A stretch of 64,000 bases of DNA from Octopus sinensis (Eukaryota), in contig NC_043010.1 of assembly GCF_006345805.1 (NCBI RefSeq), positions 61,938,001-62,002,000 of the forward strand, in the 5' to 3' direction. Positions 12,228 through 24,774 of this stretch are shown in pieces. The position numbers and the translations under genes were made by a program. Every line of letters starts with the position of its first letter. Within the stretch, counting starts at the first letter, position 1. The notes beneath the pieces are model-generated. The model had not been told where the DNA came from. It worked only from the letters and a program-made list of their open reading frames with translations, and ran no database searches.

Positions 12228-12839
12228 AGCATATACACTCACACATACAGAGAACACATGCATATGTTTTATACACATAGATTTGATAACCTAATCCTGA
12301 TTGAAGTGAGTTTCTATCAGAAGCCCGTAAAACTTTAAGTCACATGGAACTGAATCAAGCTGTTTTATATAATGATGTGTGTGTGCTTGTATATACATAC
12401 ACACACACACATATATATATATATGCTGAAATATTAATTCATTTCACCATTTATCAAGCTGGTAAAAACAAGATGGTTTGGTAACTGCTTTCAATGCAAT
12501 TGACATTCGAATGAGCAAGCTAATTTTTAAAAAAAGACAAGAAAAACAGGGGAGATAATTAACTTCACAGTAAATATAACCAGTGTCTTACGAATATCAA
12601 AATTACATAAACCAATATTGGATCGGTTGATGATGTGTCTGGTGGTTTGTCTTTAATTTCTACCAAGATGTATCTTTTAAAAAGCATACATAGAGAAAAA
12701 GGTCTTGCTCTGGGTATTTACACAGCCACTGGAGACTCTTAAGTTTTTGATAAATGGTAAAATTAATATTTCAGCCAGGCAACCCCAGGTAGCAGTACTC
12801 CACAAGGCTCATGATTTTTATAATAATAATAATAATAAT

Positions 12840-13306
12840 CCTTTCTACTAAAGGTACAAGGACTGAAATTTTGGGGGAGGGGACTAGTTGATTACATTGA
12901 CTTCAGTACTCAACAGGTACTTAATTTATCAACCCTGAAAGGATGAAAGGCAAAGTCGAGCTTGGCGGAATTTGAACTCAGAACCTGACGACAGATGAAA
13001 TACTGTGAAGCATTTTGCCCAGCATGCTAACAATTCTGCCAGCTCGCTGCCTTAATAATAATAATAATAATAATAATAATATAATAATAATAATCCTTTC
13101 TACTAAAGGTACAAGGACTGAAATTTTGGGGGAGGGGACTAGTTGATTACATTGACTTCAGTACTCAACAGGTACTTAATTTATCAACCCTGAAAGGATG
13201 AAAGGCAAAGTCGAGCTTGGCGGAATTTGAACTCAGAACCTGACGACAGATGAAATACTGTGAAGCATTTTGCCCAGCATGCTAACAATTCTGCCAGCTC
13301 GCTGCC
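12840..13306 (-). repeat. Exact 255-bp tandem duplication of a SINE B copy between (AAT)n tracts
   Basis: 12840-13051 is identical to 13095-13306. Confidence 0.95.
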
Positions 13307-13348
<42 letters not shown>

Positions 13349-14111
13349 TTTATATTCCATTAGAGGCTGTTGGAAATGGTAAGCTGTTATTTGTAAGCAT
13401 TTCCAGCCCCTAGTGAAGGGGGTCAGTAAATCCATCGGTCCCTTAGTGGGCCTGCCCAGTAAGGAAGACGTGTGTGCAGCCTGTAGGATTAGAATAACAA
13501 AACCCATTAAAGGTAGAGGAACTGTATGAAAGCCACAACATCCTCATCCTGGGAGGAGCTGGATGCCACTCGGATGAACAAGAATTACTGAAGCCAGTCA
13601 GAGGAAGTTATATAAATAAGGAATTCTATAGGGAATGGGTCAGGGCTCAGGGAATCCAAAACCGAGGGTTGGAAGGTGGAAATTGGTTAAAGAAATCTTC
13701 AAGTATCCTAGCAACAGAAATGGCTTGGGAATGATAATGTGTGTGTGTATTAATTCAGGTGTTTTTTAACACTCAGTGTTGTGTAGGGAGCTTCCCATTT
13801 GCTCACTTTTCTGACATTCAGTAGATCATTTCAGAACCAATTCTCTGGTCTTGCCTCTCTCTTTCTTCACACACACACACACACACACATATATAGACTT
13901 AAAACTCTGATTCTGCCTGGTTGGCCATGTTCTCTCTGTCTAGCCGATAACAGCACTGAAAAAACAGCCACAACTTGGGGGTACCACCTGATGGCAAGTA
14001 GAAAAGAGGTAAGCCAAAGATTACCTTATTAGCTGACATCACAAGATGACCTGAAGACAGTCGACATTACATGAAATGGGCAAGAATAGCAACCGACTGA
14101 ACCCAGAAGAG

Positions 14112-14421
14112 CAGGGGTTCTCAACCATTTTTTATCTACGGACCCCTTTGATTCCTGTTCTATTCTGATGGATCCCTATAGTCATTCGATGTTTAAAAAC
14201 TCATTTTGTAGAGACTTCTTCCAAAATTCACACATTCACTCGCACAGGATGAACTTTATAAAATGTTTGGGAAAGAAACCCGTTTCTTGCAATAAATACA
14301 TCCAAAGCAAACTTTTCTCATTGACCCTTAATATAATCCTGTGGGACCCCAATTTAGTATTTTACTTGCACCCCCACCCCCACTACCAAGGGGTTGTATG
14401 AACCCTGAGTGAGGACCACTG
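14112..14421. mobile_element. hAT-type MITE
   Basis: TIRs caggggttctcaa / gtgaggaccactg with an 8-bp TSD cagaagag / cagtagag (7/8 match). Confidence 0.75.
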
Positions 14422-14972
14422 CAGTAGAGGAGGCTTGCTGGCCAATGCATTGAACAGCAGAGGAGGATCCCTTCGACCCCTAAAGCTAAAGCTAAGCTTG
14501 TTGTTTTGGGAACATCAACCCAATTTGTAATTTCAGTGTGTGTCACTTTCCACTTTAATCAAATGACTATTTGACGTGTCTAAAAGCAAAATCCCAGATC
14601 AATCAAGTCACTCAAAATCCTTCAGTCAAACCAACGGAAGAATGGTGGCTTTATAAAAGTTGCCGTTGTGGCAGGTGCTGATTCCTCCATTATTTTAATT
14701 CCGTTCATAGAAATATCCAAAAGTGCCCAGTGTATCTGCATCACTGAAGCATTAAAGAGATGCCATACAAGCTAGAAGAAAGCATCTTTTCATTCAAACC
14801 ACATCTATTTTAGTCTACTGGTCTCTTCTTTGGCAACTCACCCATCGAAGCTCTTGTCAGCTCTCATCCCCCAAGAGTTCTTCCAGACACATTACACTCT
14901 GCCTTAGAGATTACACTTCACCAGTCATGACAGAGAACATTTCTTTAAACATGAAAGGAAACCTACACTTAC

Positions 14973-15352
14973 TCTTTAACTGGTTTCAGTCATTTGACTG
15001 TGGCCATGCTGGAGCACTGCCTTCAGTCGAACAAATCGACCCCAGGACTTACTCTTTGTAAGCCCAGTGCTTATTCTATCGGTCTCTTTTGCCGAACCGC
15101 TAAGTTATGGGGACATAAACACACCACCATCGGTTGTCAAGCAATGTTGGTGGGGACAAACACACACATACATACAGATATATATATACATATATACGAT
15201 GGGCTTCTTTAGGTTTCCATCTACCAAATCCACTCACAAGGCTTTGGTCAGCCCGAGGCTATAGCAGAAGACACTTGTCCAAGGTGTCACACAGTGGGAC
15301 TGAACCCGGAAACATGTGGTTGGTAAGCAAGCTACTTACCACGCAGTCACTC
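14973..15352 (-). mobile_element. SINE family A
   Basis: Reverse complement of family A. Confidence 0.85.
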
Positions 15353-17583
15353 GTACAAACATTACTCTAAATATGCTACTGTATTCACCGATCCGATTAA
15401 CGACACAAACCTTCCATTTCTGTAAAACTGAAGATTACACAGATCGTATAAACATGCTAGAGAGGTGACACTGCTATGAATTATTTTTGCGATGGGCAGA
15501 ACGAATCACAAATATTCACCAACCAGCAGCATTGTATGTAAAGGAGTACATCAATGGGGAACCACATTATGTTGGGACTGTGGGCGGGGGAAAAGAGACT
15601 TTTGCTTTTGATATAAGCTTCAAATGTGAAACTGCCATGAGATGCCATTAGCTGTGGCCTACACCTGTATACATACATCGCGCTCTATACACACTTCCAA
15701 AAAATAAAATAAAATAAAATAAATCACTGCCCTGCTGTCTGTCTACAATATATAAGCTTTATGCTTATTTCATTTGAAAACTAAGGTGCAGGTATTTGGC
15801 CAGGCAGCTAAGATGTTCATAAATAGTCTTGTGGTGAAGTCCATTTCACTAAACTAACAAAACAATTTCCTGCTAACCCCTGACAGTCTCTATGAAGAAA
15901 GTCCAAGCTAGATTAGACCACTGACCCTCTATTACATAGTAATAAAATTCAGGCATTACTGACCCCTAACAAAACAAATCCCTATATATAGTACAACAGG
16001 ATCTTACATATTAAATCATAGCAAAGAGAATGCAGCCGGTTGGCTTGGTGTGCCTTTCCTGCTCCACAATCAAGCTGTGTCCTCTCCCTGTAACTTCTAC
16101 ATGTATTGGTAAAATCTCTGATTTTCTCGACATGTTGACCCTACATGACCTTGTGGCTAAAGACCAGCTGACCATTAGATAAGGACCAAAGTGATCAGTA
16201 ATGGTACAACCACACTGCTGCTACCTTTCTGCTTGTATATCATCTGTGGACGCTGGACATTGGTCTCTTGTATCAAAACAAGTATTTCAGGAGAGTGCGA
16301 CACCCTCAATAGGACTAACCCCAGTATTTCACTGGTATCTATTCTACCGAACCTGAAAGAACCACAAGGTCAACCTGGTGAGATTCAACCCTTTAGCATT
16401 CAAATTACTCTGCTGAATGTAATGTCTGTTTATTCGTTATTTTCAATTAATTAAGCAGTACCTTGTAGCTTTGAGATTTTGGTCAAGTGATTAGAGTTGG
16501 CGTGAGAGGTCAAATCTGGCAAATTTGAACCTAAAACAAGTAGAATAATTGGGCTGGATACGGCCAGTTTGAAATTAAAAGGCTAGACTCAGAATGTAGA
16601 GGGAGCTGTGACTATAACACCACCAGGCATATTCTCCTCACCAGACCACTTCTAAACTTCACATTCCACCAATTATATACACCACCACACTTTTGACCAA
16701 TTATACACCCTACCACTGATTCTACGTCCCACAACCCCTCTCCCCAACTACTCCGCTGTCTTCTAATAAAAGCAAAGAGGATAAAAAATAAATTATGTGT
16801 AAAAAAATTTGGAGAATTGGTACGAATATATCAAAAAAATTGCCATGATAGGTGTCTGATGCATTCAGAGATGATGATGTTCTTGTTGATGTTGTTTTGG
16901 CCAGTCAAATTAAGTTTTTGCATAGTTTCCATAAAAGAAATGGTTTTTTTTTTTTGTTTTGTCATTTTTTTTTCGTTTTTTTTAAGCCAAGAAAAGAAGA
17001 AATTTTGCAGTTTCCAGTGTTTCATTGATAGATGATATAAGAGGGATCAGGGAATCCAGGGTACACACAGCTGTTCTGAGATTTCCGTGTAAACAGTGAG
17101 AATTTCTAGACCCAGCCAACCCATGCTGTAAAGTGTTGGTAAGGAATAAAAAAAAAAAAAAAAAAGCTTACAGCTGTGTGTTTTTTTGTTGTTTGTTTTA
17201 GTGTTAAAAGTTGCAGCGGGAAGATTTCAAAAACCACATGGATACATGTGAACAGGTGGCTTTGTGTGTGGCAGTGTACATGTGGATATACATGTGTATA
17301 TAGGGATGGCACATACACAGATATCTGTATATACATATCTTTACATACATATTCATGTATGTGTGTGTGTGATGTAGATACAAAATATCTGAGATGTTTA
17401 TGCAAAAAGTCCATGGGTGTATATAAATATGTGTGTATATGTGAATGTCTACATATAGACAATTTCTCATACTGCTACACAACCACAAAGGCCACGTATG
17501 ATTGTTTTCCCAGGTGAATGCCCAAGGCCATAGCTATGGTCTCATCCTCGTTATCCCATCTCTCTCTCGTTTGCCGCTTCGGT

Positions 17584-19944
17584 CTACAGCGACCAAAGAT
17601 AGTTGTTCATAGGTGATAGTTCCTCCATGTTGGTCTTGGACGGATTCATGGAATTCTTCAGGTGGATACGCTTGTGGCGCTGCAACGTGTCGCGACGAGC
17701 AAAGTGTTTGGCACAGATGTCGCACTGGTAGGCCTTCTCGCCCGTGTGTGTGCGCTTGTGCAGCTGAAGGTATTGACGCTGGGCAAACTGTTTGAAGCAG
17801 ATGTCGCAGTGGAATGGTTTCTCGCCTGTGTGCGACCGAGTGTGCATCTGCAGGGAATTCTTACGAGAGAATTGCTTGAAGCAGATGTCGCACTGGAACG
17901 GTTTCTCTCCGGTGTGGGATCGCTGGTGCAACTGTAAATAATGGCGTTGTGCAAACTGCTTGAAGCAGATGTCGCACTGATAGCGGCGCTTTGGGTTGTG
18001 TGTGCGTCGGTGAACTGTGAGCTTATCGCGTTGTGCAAACTGTTTAAGACACACGTCACATTGGTAGGGCCGTTCCCCTGTATGGGTTCTGCGATGGATC
18101 TGAAGAGTGGTTTTACGGGCAAATTTCTGGATGCAGAAGTCGCACTGGAAGGGCTTCTCCCCCGTGTGGGTCCTCTTGTGGATCTGGAGATAATGTTTCT
18201 GGGTGAACTTCTTGTAGCAAACATCGCAGTGCAGCAGCTTCTCCCCGGTGTGGATCCGTCGATGGATCTGCAGGTAATAGCGTTGAGCGAACTGCTTGAA
18301 GCAGTAGTCGCACTGGTAACGTTTTTTGTACACAAACATCCCGGTGTTCTCATTGCTGAGGTTCATGTTGTTGTGGTCTTTATTCATGTTATACTGAGCC
18401 ATATTGTTGCTGTTGTTGTTGCTGCTGTTGTTGTGGCTCTGGTTGCTGCTGCTGTTGTTGCTGCTGTTGCTGTTGCTGGCCTTGAGGACGTGCTTTGCTC
18501 TGCGATGCATCTTCAGCTGTGAACGGTGATAAAACGCTTCTCCGCACAGCTCGCAGTGGTGCGGCCGTTCCCCTGTGTGCTGGGTGCGACGGTGAATCAA
18601 GAGGGTGTCGCGTCGGGCAAACTTCTGAATGCAGAAGTCACACTGGTAAGGCTTCTCCCCGGTGTGGGACCTTTTGTGGATGCGCAAGTAGTGGCGTTGA
18701 GCAAACGGCTTGAAACAGATGTCACACTGATACATCTTTGAGGATCTGTCGCCATGGGGGTTGGGCATATGTGGCACCATGCCGGAATGTGCTGGCATTG
18801 CCTCGCCCTTGATTCGGGACCGCATTTTATCTTCAGCACTGCCACTATTTTCATGGGAAAACGGCATGATGACCACTGTGCCTGGCTCTGACATTTGTTG
18901 GGTGTTGTAAGACGGGACATTGCTCATGCTGTTGGTTCTCCTAGCAACGTTTGTCACCATTGGGGTGGGTTGAGTCGGTTTCGGGTGGTATTCTTCCCTC
19001 ATGCATCCGTCCATGTTGCCTCTACCGTCGTTTATGTCAGGAGAGGTCACTACGTTATTTTGCTGGGGTCGCTCATGGTTGCGCTTGTGCCTCTGAAGTG
19101 TATCCCTACGTCCGAACTGTTTTCCGCAGATGTCACAACCGAACGGACGCTCCCCCGTATGGGTGCGTCGGTGGTTGTGCATCAGATATTCTTGCGTGAA
19201 ATGTTTCCCACAAAAATCACAGAATAACTGCTTCTCCCTTGTTCGCTCTTGTCGTTGAAACGACTGGTTGGACGCAGCATAGGAGGGCTGGACAGGTGCG
19301 GGAGACTTTGATGCCTGGATGAATTTTTTCTGGCCAGAATCTCCGCAGCTGTTGGAAGTGGAAGTGGACGACACAGTGGCCTGAGAGTAGGAGCTTTTCA
19401 CATTGTCTCCCCCACTGCTGTCGTTGGCCATACTGCTGTTGTTGGTGTTGCTGTTGTTCACAACATTGTCGCTACTGCAACAACTGCAGTTGCTGCAACT
19501 GCAGTCATTGCCCGGTGTCATCGAGGACACCATCGTGTTTTTTTGCAATGGTGCAACTGCCATGGACACCGGTGCAGTGTCCTTCTGGTGGTAACCACTA
19601 TCGGCGCTGAGGTTGCTGCCCTGGTTGCAGTTACCCGAGCCCTCGCTGCCGCTGGTCCCACCGAAACAACTTCCAGGAGCCGTCATAAGCTGCATCCTTT
19701 CGGGCGTTAAAGGAAAGTAGCAGTTTTGTGTGAAGGGGTTTCCATAAACATCGGTAGGGAAAACATTCTGGCTGATGTGTTGTATTCTCTGGGCATCCAA
19801 AGCGTGGTGGCCCATTGAAATCTGCTTGCCCCCTGGGAGGCTGCTGCTGTGGCTGATCCTTTGTGCCTGTGAACTGCCGCTTCTCTGAGCAAACTGCTTG
19901 CCATACATGTCCCCGTATATCGACATTCCACTGCCTCTTTCCAT
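17584..19944 (-). CDS. C2H2 zinc-finger protein, 786 aa, single coding exon, 13 fingers in clusters of 2+3+8
   Basis: Uninterrupted ORF with 13 CxxC...HxxxH motifs and TGEKP/TGERP linkers. ATG is in gccaccATGG context with an in-frame TAA 11 codons upstream (19975-19977). A strong acceptor ctccttctcttccag|G lies at 20103/20102. No KRAB, BTB, SCAN or ZAD domain recognised. Confidence 0.96.
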   Translation of the reverse strand: MERGSGMSIYGDMYGKQFAQRSGSSQAQRISHSSSLPGGKQISMGHHALDAQRIQHISQNVFPTDVYGNPFTQNCYFPLTPERMQLMTAPGSCFGGTSGSEGSGNCNQGSNLSADSGYHQKDTAPVSMAVAPLQKNTMVSSMTPGNDCSCSNCSCCSSDNVVNNSNTNNSSMANDSSGGDNVKSSYSQATVSSTSTSNSCGDSGQKKFIQASKSPAPVQPSYAASNQSFQRQERTREKQLFCDFCGKHFTQEYLMHNHRRTHTGERPFGCDICGKQFGRRDTLQRHKRNHERPQQNNVVTSPDINDGRGNMDGCMREEYHPKPTQPTPMVTNVARRTNSMSNVPSYNTQQMSEPGTVVIMPFSHENSGSAEDKMRSRIKGEAMPAHSGMVPHMPNPHGDRSSKMYQCDICFKPFAQRHYLRIHKRSHTGEKPYQCDFCIQKFARRDTLLIHRRTQHTGERPHHCELCGEAFYHRSQLKMHRRAKHVLKASNSNSSNNSSSNQSHNNSSNNNSNNMAQYNMNKDHNNMNLSNENTGMFVYKKRYQCDYCFKQFAQRYYLQIHRRIHTGEKLLHCDVCYKKFTQKHYLQIHKRTHTGEKPFQCDFCIQKFARKTTLQIHRRTHTGERPYQCDVCLKQFAQRDKLTVHRRTHNPKRRYQCDICFKQFAQRHYLQLHQRSHTGEKPFQCDICFKQFSRKNSLQMHTRSHTGEKPFHCDICFKQFAQRQYLQLHKRTHTGEKAYQCDICAKHFARRDTLQRHKRIHLKNSMNPSKTNMEELSPMNNYLWSL

Positions 19945-20101
19945 GGTGGCGTTGTCTAGCAGAGAATAGTGGTGTTACAGAGGGCTATTAGGGGTGGTGG
20001 TGGCTGGTAGCGGTAAACAAGTCTTCTCTGTGTCTGTGTGTTTGCTGCGTCCCCACAAGGGTAGAGGGGTCGGTTGGTTCACTTGGTTCAGTTATAGGCA
20101 A

Positions 20102-20120
20102 CCTGGAAGAGAAGGAGATA
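20102..20120 (-). promoter_or_regulatory. Splice acceptor of the ZNF gene 1 coding exon
   Basis: Minus strand aatatctccttctcttccag|GTTG, 158 nt upstream of the ATG. Confidence 0.65.
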
Positions 20121-20337
20121 TTGTCATTGATCAATTGCGATGGTGGGGTGGGGGTGGGGGAAACATTTAGGGACAAAATATAGGGAGACATCGATAGGCA
20201 AACTATATTGGGAATTCAGAAACAATGCTACTGATAAAAATGCTGTTTTATAAACAAGGATCTGATTACTGTGTCTGTACAATGAAACGAATGGTTTGTA
20301 TACATATAATGAGGATTAATATGTATGTATGTATATA

Positions 20338-20383
<46 letters not shown>

Positions 20384-22755
20384 ACAAAATACAAAATGGG
20401 ACAAGAACGCAAAACATCGAAATAGACAATACAAAACACGGACGGGTCATTCGAAGCCTCTAATCTTCAGTCAAGAACCAGATCATTCTTGCAATTTCGG
20501 CTGATTAATCTTATATATATATATATATAAGGAAAAAAGTCAAGGTAGGAAATGCTAAAATAATTTTATCACAAAAAACATTTTAGTACCAGTTTCAGTC
20601 ATTGAGACTTTTTCAACTCTAAGTCATCATCATCGTTTAACATCTGCTTTCCATGCTAGCATGGGTTGGACGATTTTGACTGAGGGCTGGCGAACCAGAT
20701 GGCTGCACCAGGCTTCAATCTTGATCTGGCAAAGTTTCCTTGATGCCCTTCCTAATGCCAACCACTCCGAGAGTGTAGTGGGTGCTTTTTACATGCCACC
20801 GGCACGGGGGCCAGTCAGGCAGTACTGGCAACGACCTCGCATGGAAAACAATTAAATTTTGGAAAAATTAAATGAAAAGTATTTTAAAAGAATATTTGCA
20901 TATTATTCAAATAAAAGGGGCATTTTCCTTGTTTCTGCCTGTCTCTGCCTCTCTCTTTTTTTTACTCATGTGGGTTCGGGGTAGTTGTGAATTTTTGGCA
21001 GAGAAGGAGGAGGAGGAGGATGGACACTCCTGTCGTTAGATCTCTGAAGGTTCGGTAATTTCTTGCCAAACAACCACACAGATGATTTGTTTAGAGGGAT
21101 CAAATATTTGCATTCACACAAGCTCACTCCCACCATTAAATCAACACTACCTGTACAGGTGCAACTGGGTGCCACATGTCTGATGACGAAATGATCACAG
21201 AGTAACGTGAAATGAAGTGTTTTGCTCAAGAACACAATGCAATGCCCAGTCTGAGAATCGAACCCACGATTTCACAATCATAAGTGCAACACCCTAACCA
21301 CTAAGCCAAATGTATTTAAGACATACAGAGAGTACAACCCAAGATTTACCTGTTGAGCGAAGTACAGTGTAATTGTTTACCTGAAGCAATTTTAGGTGTT
21401 CCCTATCATCCGATGCGGTTAGCCAGAACCTCAATTATATCAGTGAACGAGTTTTTAGATTATACATCATCATCATCGTTGTTTAACGTCCACTTTCCAT
21501 GCTTGCATGGGTTGGACGACTTGACTGAGGACTGGTGAGCCAGAAGGCTGCACCAGGCCCAGTCTGATCTGGCAGTGTTTCTACAGCTGGATGCCCTTCC
21601 TAATGCCAACCACTCCGAGAGTGTAGTGGGTACTTTTATGTGCCACTGGTACGAGGGCCAGTCAGGCAGTACTGGAAACGACCATGCTCAAATGCTCTTC
21701 ACGTGCCACTGGCATATGTGCCTATAAGGTGATGCTGGGAACAATCATGCTCAAATGGTGCATTTTATGTGCCACCAGTAGAGGAGCCAGTCTGCAATAT
21801 GTGCACACCCCGAAATGTATAAGCACAGATTGTGGCTGTGTGGTAAGAAGTTTGCTTCCCAACCACATGGTTCTGGGTTCAGTTCCACTGTATGGCACTT
21901 TGAGCAAGTGTCTTCTACTACAATCCTGGGCCAACCAACCAAAGCCCTGTGAAAGGAAGAAACTGAAAGGCACGCATCGTGCACATGCATGTGTGTGTTT
22001 GTGTCTCTTTGTCTTGACATCACACGATAGTCGTAAATGAGTGTCACTGTTATCCAAGCAGTGTCATTTGTTTCCAATGTTCTGTGGAAACATATCTGGC
22101 CAATGGGGAAAGACTAGCTTGCAAGGAAACAAGTGAGGGTTGGCAACACATGCAAGCACAGAAAAGTGGATGTTAAAATTACGATGGAGATGCTGCATGC
22201 ATATACCACAACATCTTGTCATCCTCTTTGTGAGTTTCTAAGGAAAGCTGGTTTTAGATTCCTTTGTTATAGCTTGGGCATCATCCATCATTTCATGCTT
22301 TTTGTATGGAAGCCAGTAGGGATCACTCTGATCTCTCTAACTGTTTCACAGGCTGAAATGACTGATGCCCTACTACAATGCAGAAAGTGTCCGACAACAC
22401 TTGCCTCGGTACCACAATAAAAAGGGATGGGCCAAGAACTGAGATGGATGAAAATCTACCTGCACACTAAATACCCCACTGAACTTATCGTCAACTCACA
22501 CACTGCTGGCTGCATCTTTTTATGTGGTTTCTCCTGTTCACACAAGGCAGACCCCACCCACTTTCATCTTCAACACAACACTTGCTCTCTGCTCATCATC
22601 TCTGAGTTATGGACACTTGTTGCTTAGCCAGCTGATGTAGTTCTTTGCAAATCATCCTGGAAAACAGATAAATCCTTTAAAATGTTTTAGCCCGAAGGCC
22701 ATGGCCATGCTGGGGCAATGATGATGATAGAATAATAAAGACAAATAACAGATAT

Positions 22756-22970
22756 GGCGAGCTGGCAGAAACGTTAGCACGCCGGGCGAAAGGCGTAGCC
22801 GTATTTCGTCTGCCGTTACGTCCTGAGTTCAAATTCCGCCGAGGTCGACTTTGCCTTTCATCCTTACGGGGTCGATAAATTAAGTACCAGTTACGCACTG
22901 GGGTCGATGTAATCGACTTAATCCGTTTGTCCCATCTGTGTTTAGCCCCTTGTGGGTAGTAAAGAAATAG
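22756..22970 (+). mobile_element. SINE family B (tRNA-like head ggcgagctggcagaaacgttagc...gagttcaaattccgcc)
   Basis: B-box-like gagttcaaattcc. Homologues lie at about 9925-10085(-), 11450-11683(-), 34120-34335, 47284-47640, 57555-57775, 58435-59170, 61530-61680(-), 63215-63400 and 63447-63665(-). Confidence 0.85.
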
Positions 22971-23172
22971 ATACGGAGTGAGTTACAAAGAACCATATCA
23001 GTTCTAGGCTGTTATCTCAGCACCATGTTACTTTACATCTAACAGGTATCTCCCCCAAGCCAAAGAACTGGTCTGTGGCTTTCAGTAAAAACTCCCAGAT
23101 GACCTCTGCATCACAGGTCTCTCTCTCTCTCTCTTCCTCCTCCTCCTTTTTGCCATACCCTACCATCTAGAA

Positions 23173-23617
23173 CAGTAGTTTTCAACCAGGCCCCATATAG
23201 CCCCTGATGGTCTACGTAAGATTTTCATCATCATCATCATCGTTTAACGTCTGCTTTCCATGTTGGCATGGGTTGGACGATTTGACTGAGGACTGGTGAA
23301 CCAGATGGCTGCACCAGGCTCCAATCTTGATCTGGCAGAGTTTCTTACAGCTGGATGCCCTTCCTAACGCCAACCACTCCGAGAGTGTAGTGGGTGATTT
23401 TATATGCCACCGGCATGAGGGCCAGTCAGGTGGTACTGGCAACGGCCACACTCAAATGGTGTTTTTGTTGTTAAAAAATACTATGATGGTTATATTTCCA
23501 CAACACACAAAATATTTAAACTTCTTTTTTTATAAACACTGAATGGGTATGAGGGACCATTAGAATAAAACAGGGATGAAAGGGAGTCCAGAGGCAAAAA
23601 ATGGCTGGGAACCATTG
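23173..23617. mobile_element. Degenerate hAT-type MITE with an inserted R-family copy
   Basis: TIR-like ends cagtagttttcaacc / ggctgggaaccattg; flanks atctagaa / agatagaa (6/8 match). Confidence 0.5.
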
Positions 23618-24013
23618 AGATAGAATCTAAATATATAACCACCCCAAATATACACTGAGCAGAAAGAGGTATCCTTTTGCATTCCTTCCTTCTCAGTTCG
23701 TCTATACTCTTACAGTCAGGTCGCTAATCCATATCCTATATTGAGTGGTAGGACATTCTTCATTGGGGGAGGCCTTAGCATTTATAATCATTGTTTAACA
23801 TCCAATTTCCCAAGTTTGCAGGGGCCAGACGGAATTGTGGCAGGTTTTTCTATGGCCACAAACCCTTCCTGCCCCTCAACCCTTACCTGCTTTCAAGCAA
23901 CATATTTTTCCCATTGTCAGACATGTTGTCCATGGAAGACTGGAAACGAAGAACCTCACTCGTATCATAACGATGCTAATTTACAACCATCACACAATGT
24001 CATCACACACACA

Positions 24014-24230
24014 TGAAGGGGTGCTGAAAAGTTCCTGGCTTTAAGGGTAATGCGAAAGGACTGGTTGGAGGGCAAACCTTCCAAGTTCTTTTACAGGGTT
24101 TAGAAAAACTGAAGGACCACAGCAATAAGTGAGTGAATCCGAGAGGGGAACATGCTGAATAAAATCACAATTAACTGATCCTCCTGTATTTTCTTTTACC
24201 CAAAGTCAGGAACTTTTCAGCACCCCCACG
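24014..24230 (+). mobile_element. Mariner-derived MITE
   Basis: About 28-bp TIRs (gaaggggtgctgaaaagttcctggcttt / aaagtcaggaacttttcagcacccccacg) with an internal decayed mariner C-terminus (WLEGKPSKFF...LEKL...NK...RGEHAE*). Confidence 0.75.
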
Positions 24231-24417
24231 CACATACTCGAATATATATAATGAACTTCCTTCAGTTTCCACCTACGGCTTTGGCCAACTTGGGGCTACA
24301 GTAGAAGATGCTCAAAGCACCGTGAACCCAAGACCATAGAGCTGGGAAGCAACCTTTTGAACCACACACCTTTTAAGTCACTAATCAATACTACACACAC
24401 ACACACATATATATAGT

Positions 24418-24561
24418 TGAAATTTACAGAAAAACAAAAGACGAAGACAGGTGTATAAACAACAAACAGGTGTGTTAGTTTAACACATGGGAAGGTGAGA
24501 AAATCTTTTATGTTTCGAGCCTACACTCTACAACAGAAAGGAACACGAGGAAATAAACCGA

Positions 24562-24594
<33 letters not shown>

Positions 24595-24774
24595 GATAGA
24601 TCGTTAGCCACTACACACATTTTTTTTCTCTCCTTGTTTTTTTGCTGTGTCCCTTTCTGTAGAAGAGCGTAGGCTTGAAACGTAAAAGACTTTTTCTATT
24701 CCTGAGCGTTATACTAATACATCTGTTTGTTTTGTACAGCACCTGTCTTCGTCTTTTGTTTTTTTGTAAACTCT

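Noticed and set aside
17658-19227. Overlapping ORFs of 60-231 aa on both strands within ZNF gene 1 (likewise 54693-56984 for gene 2)
   Set aside because: Antisense or alternative-frame shadows of a repetitive, GC-richer CDS with no independent signals.
20142-20160. G-quadruplex near the ZNF gene 1 acceptor
   Set aside because: Only three runs of three or more G plus one GG; marginal.
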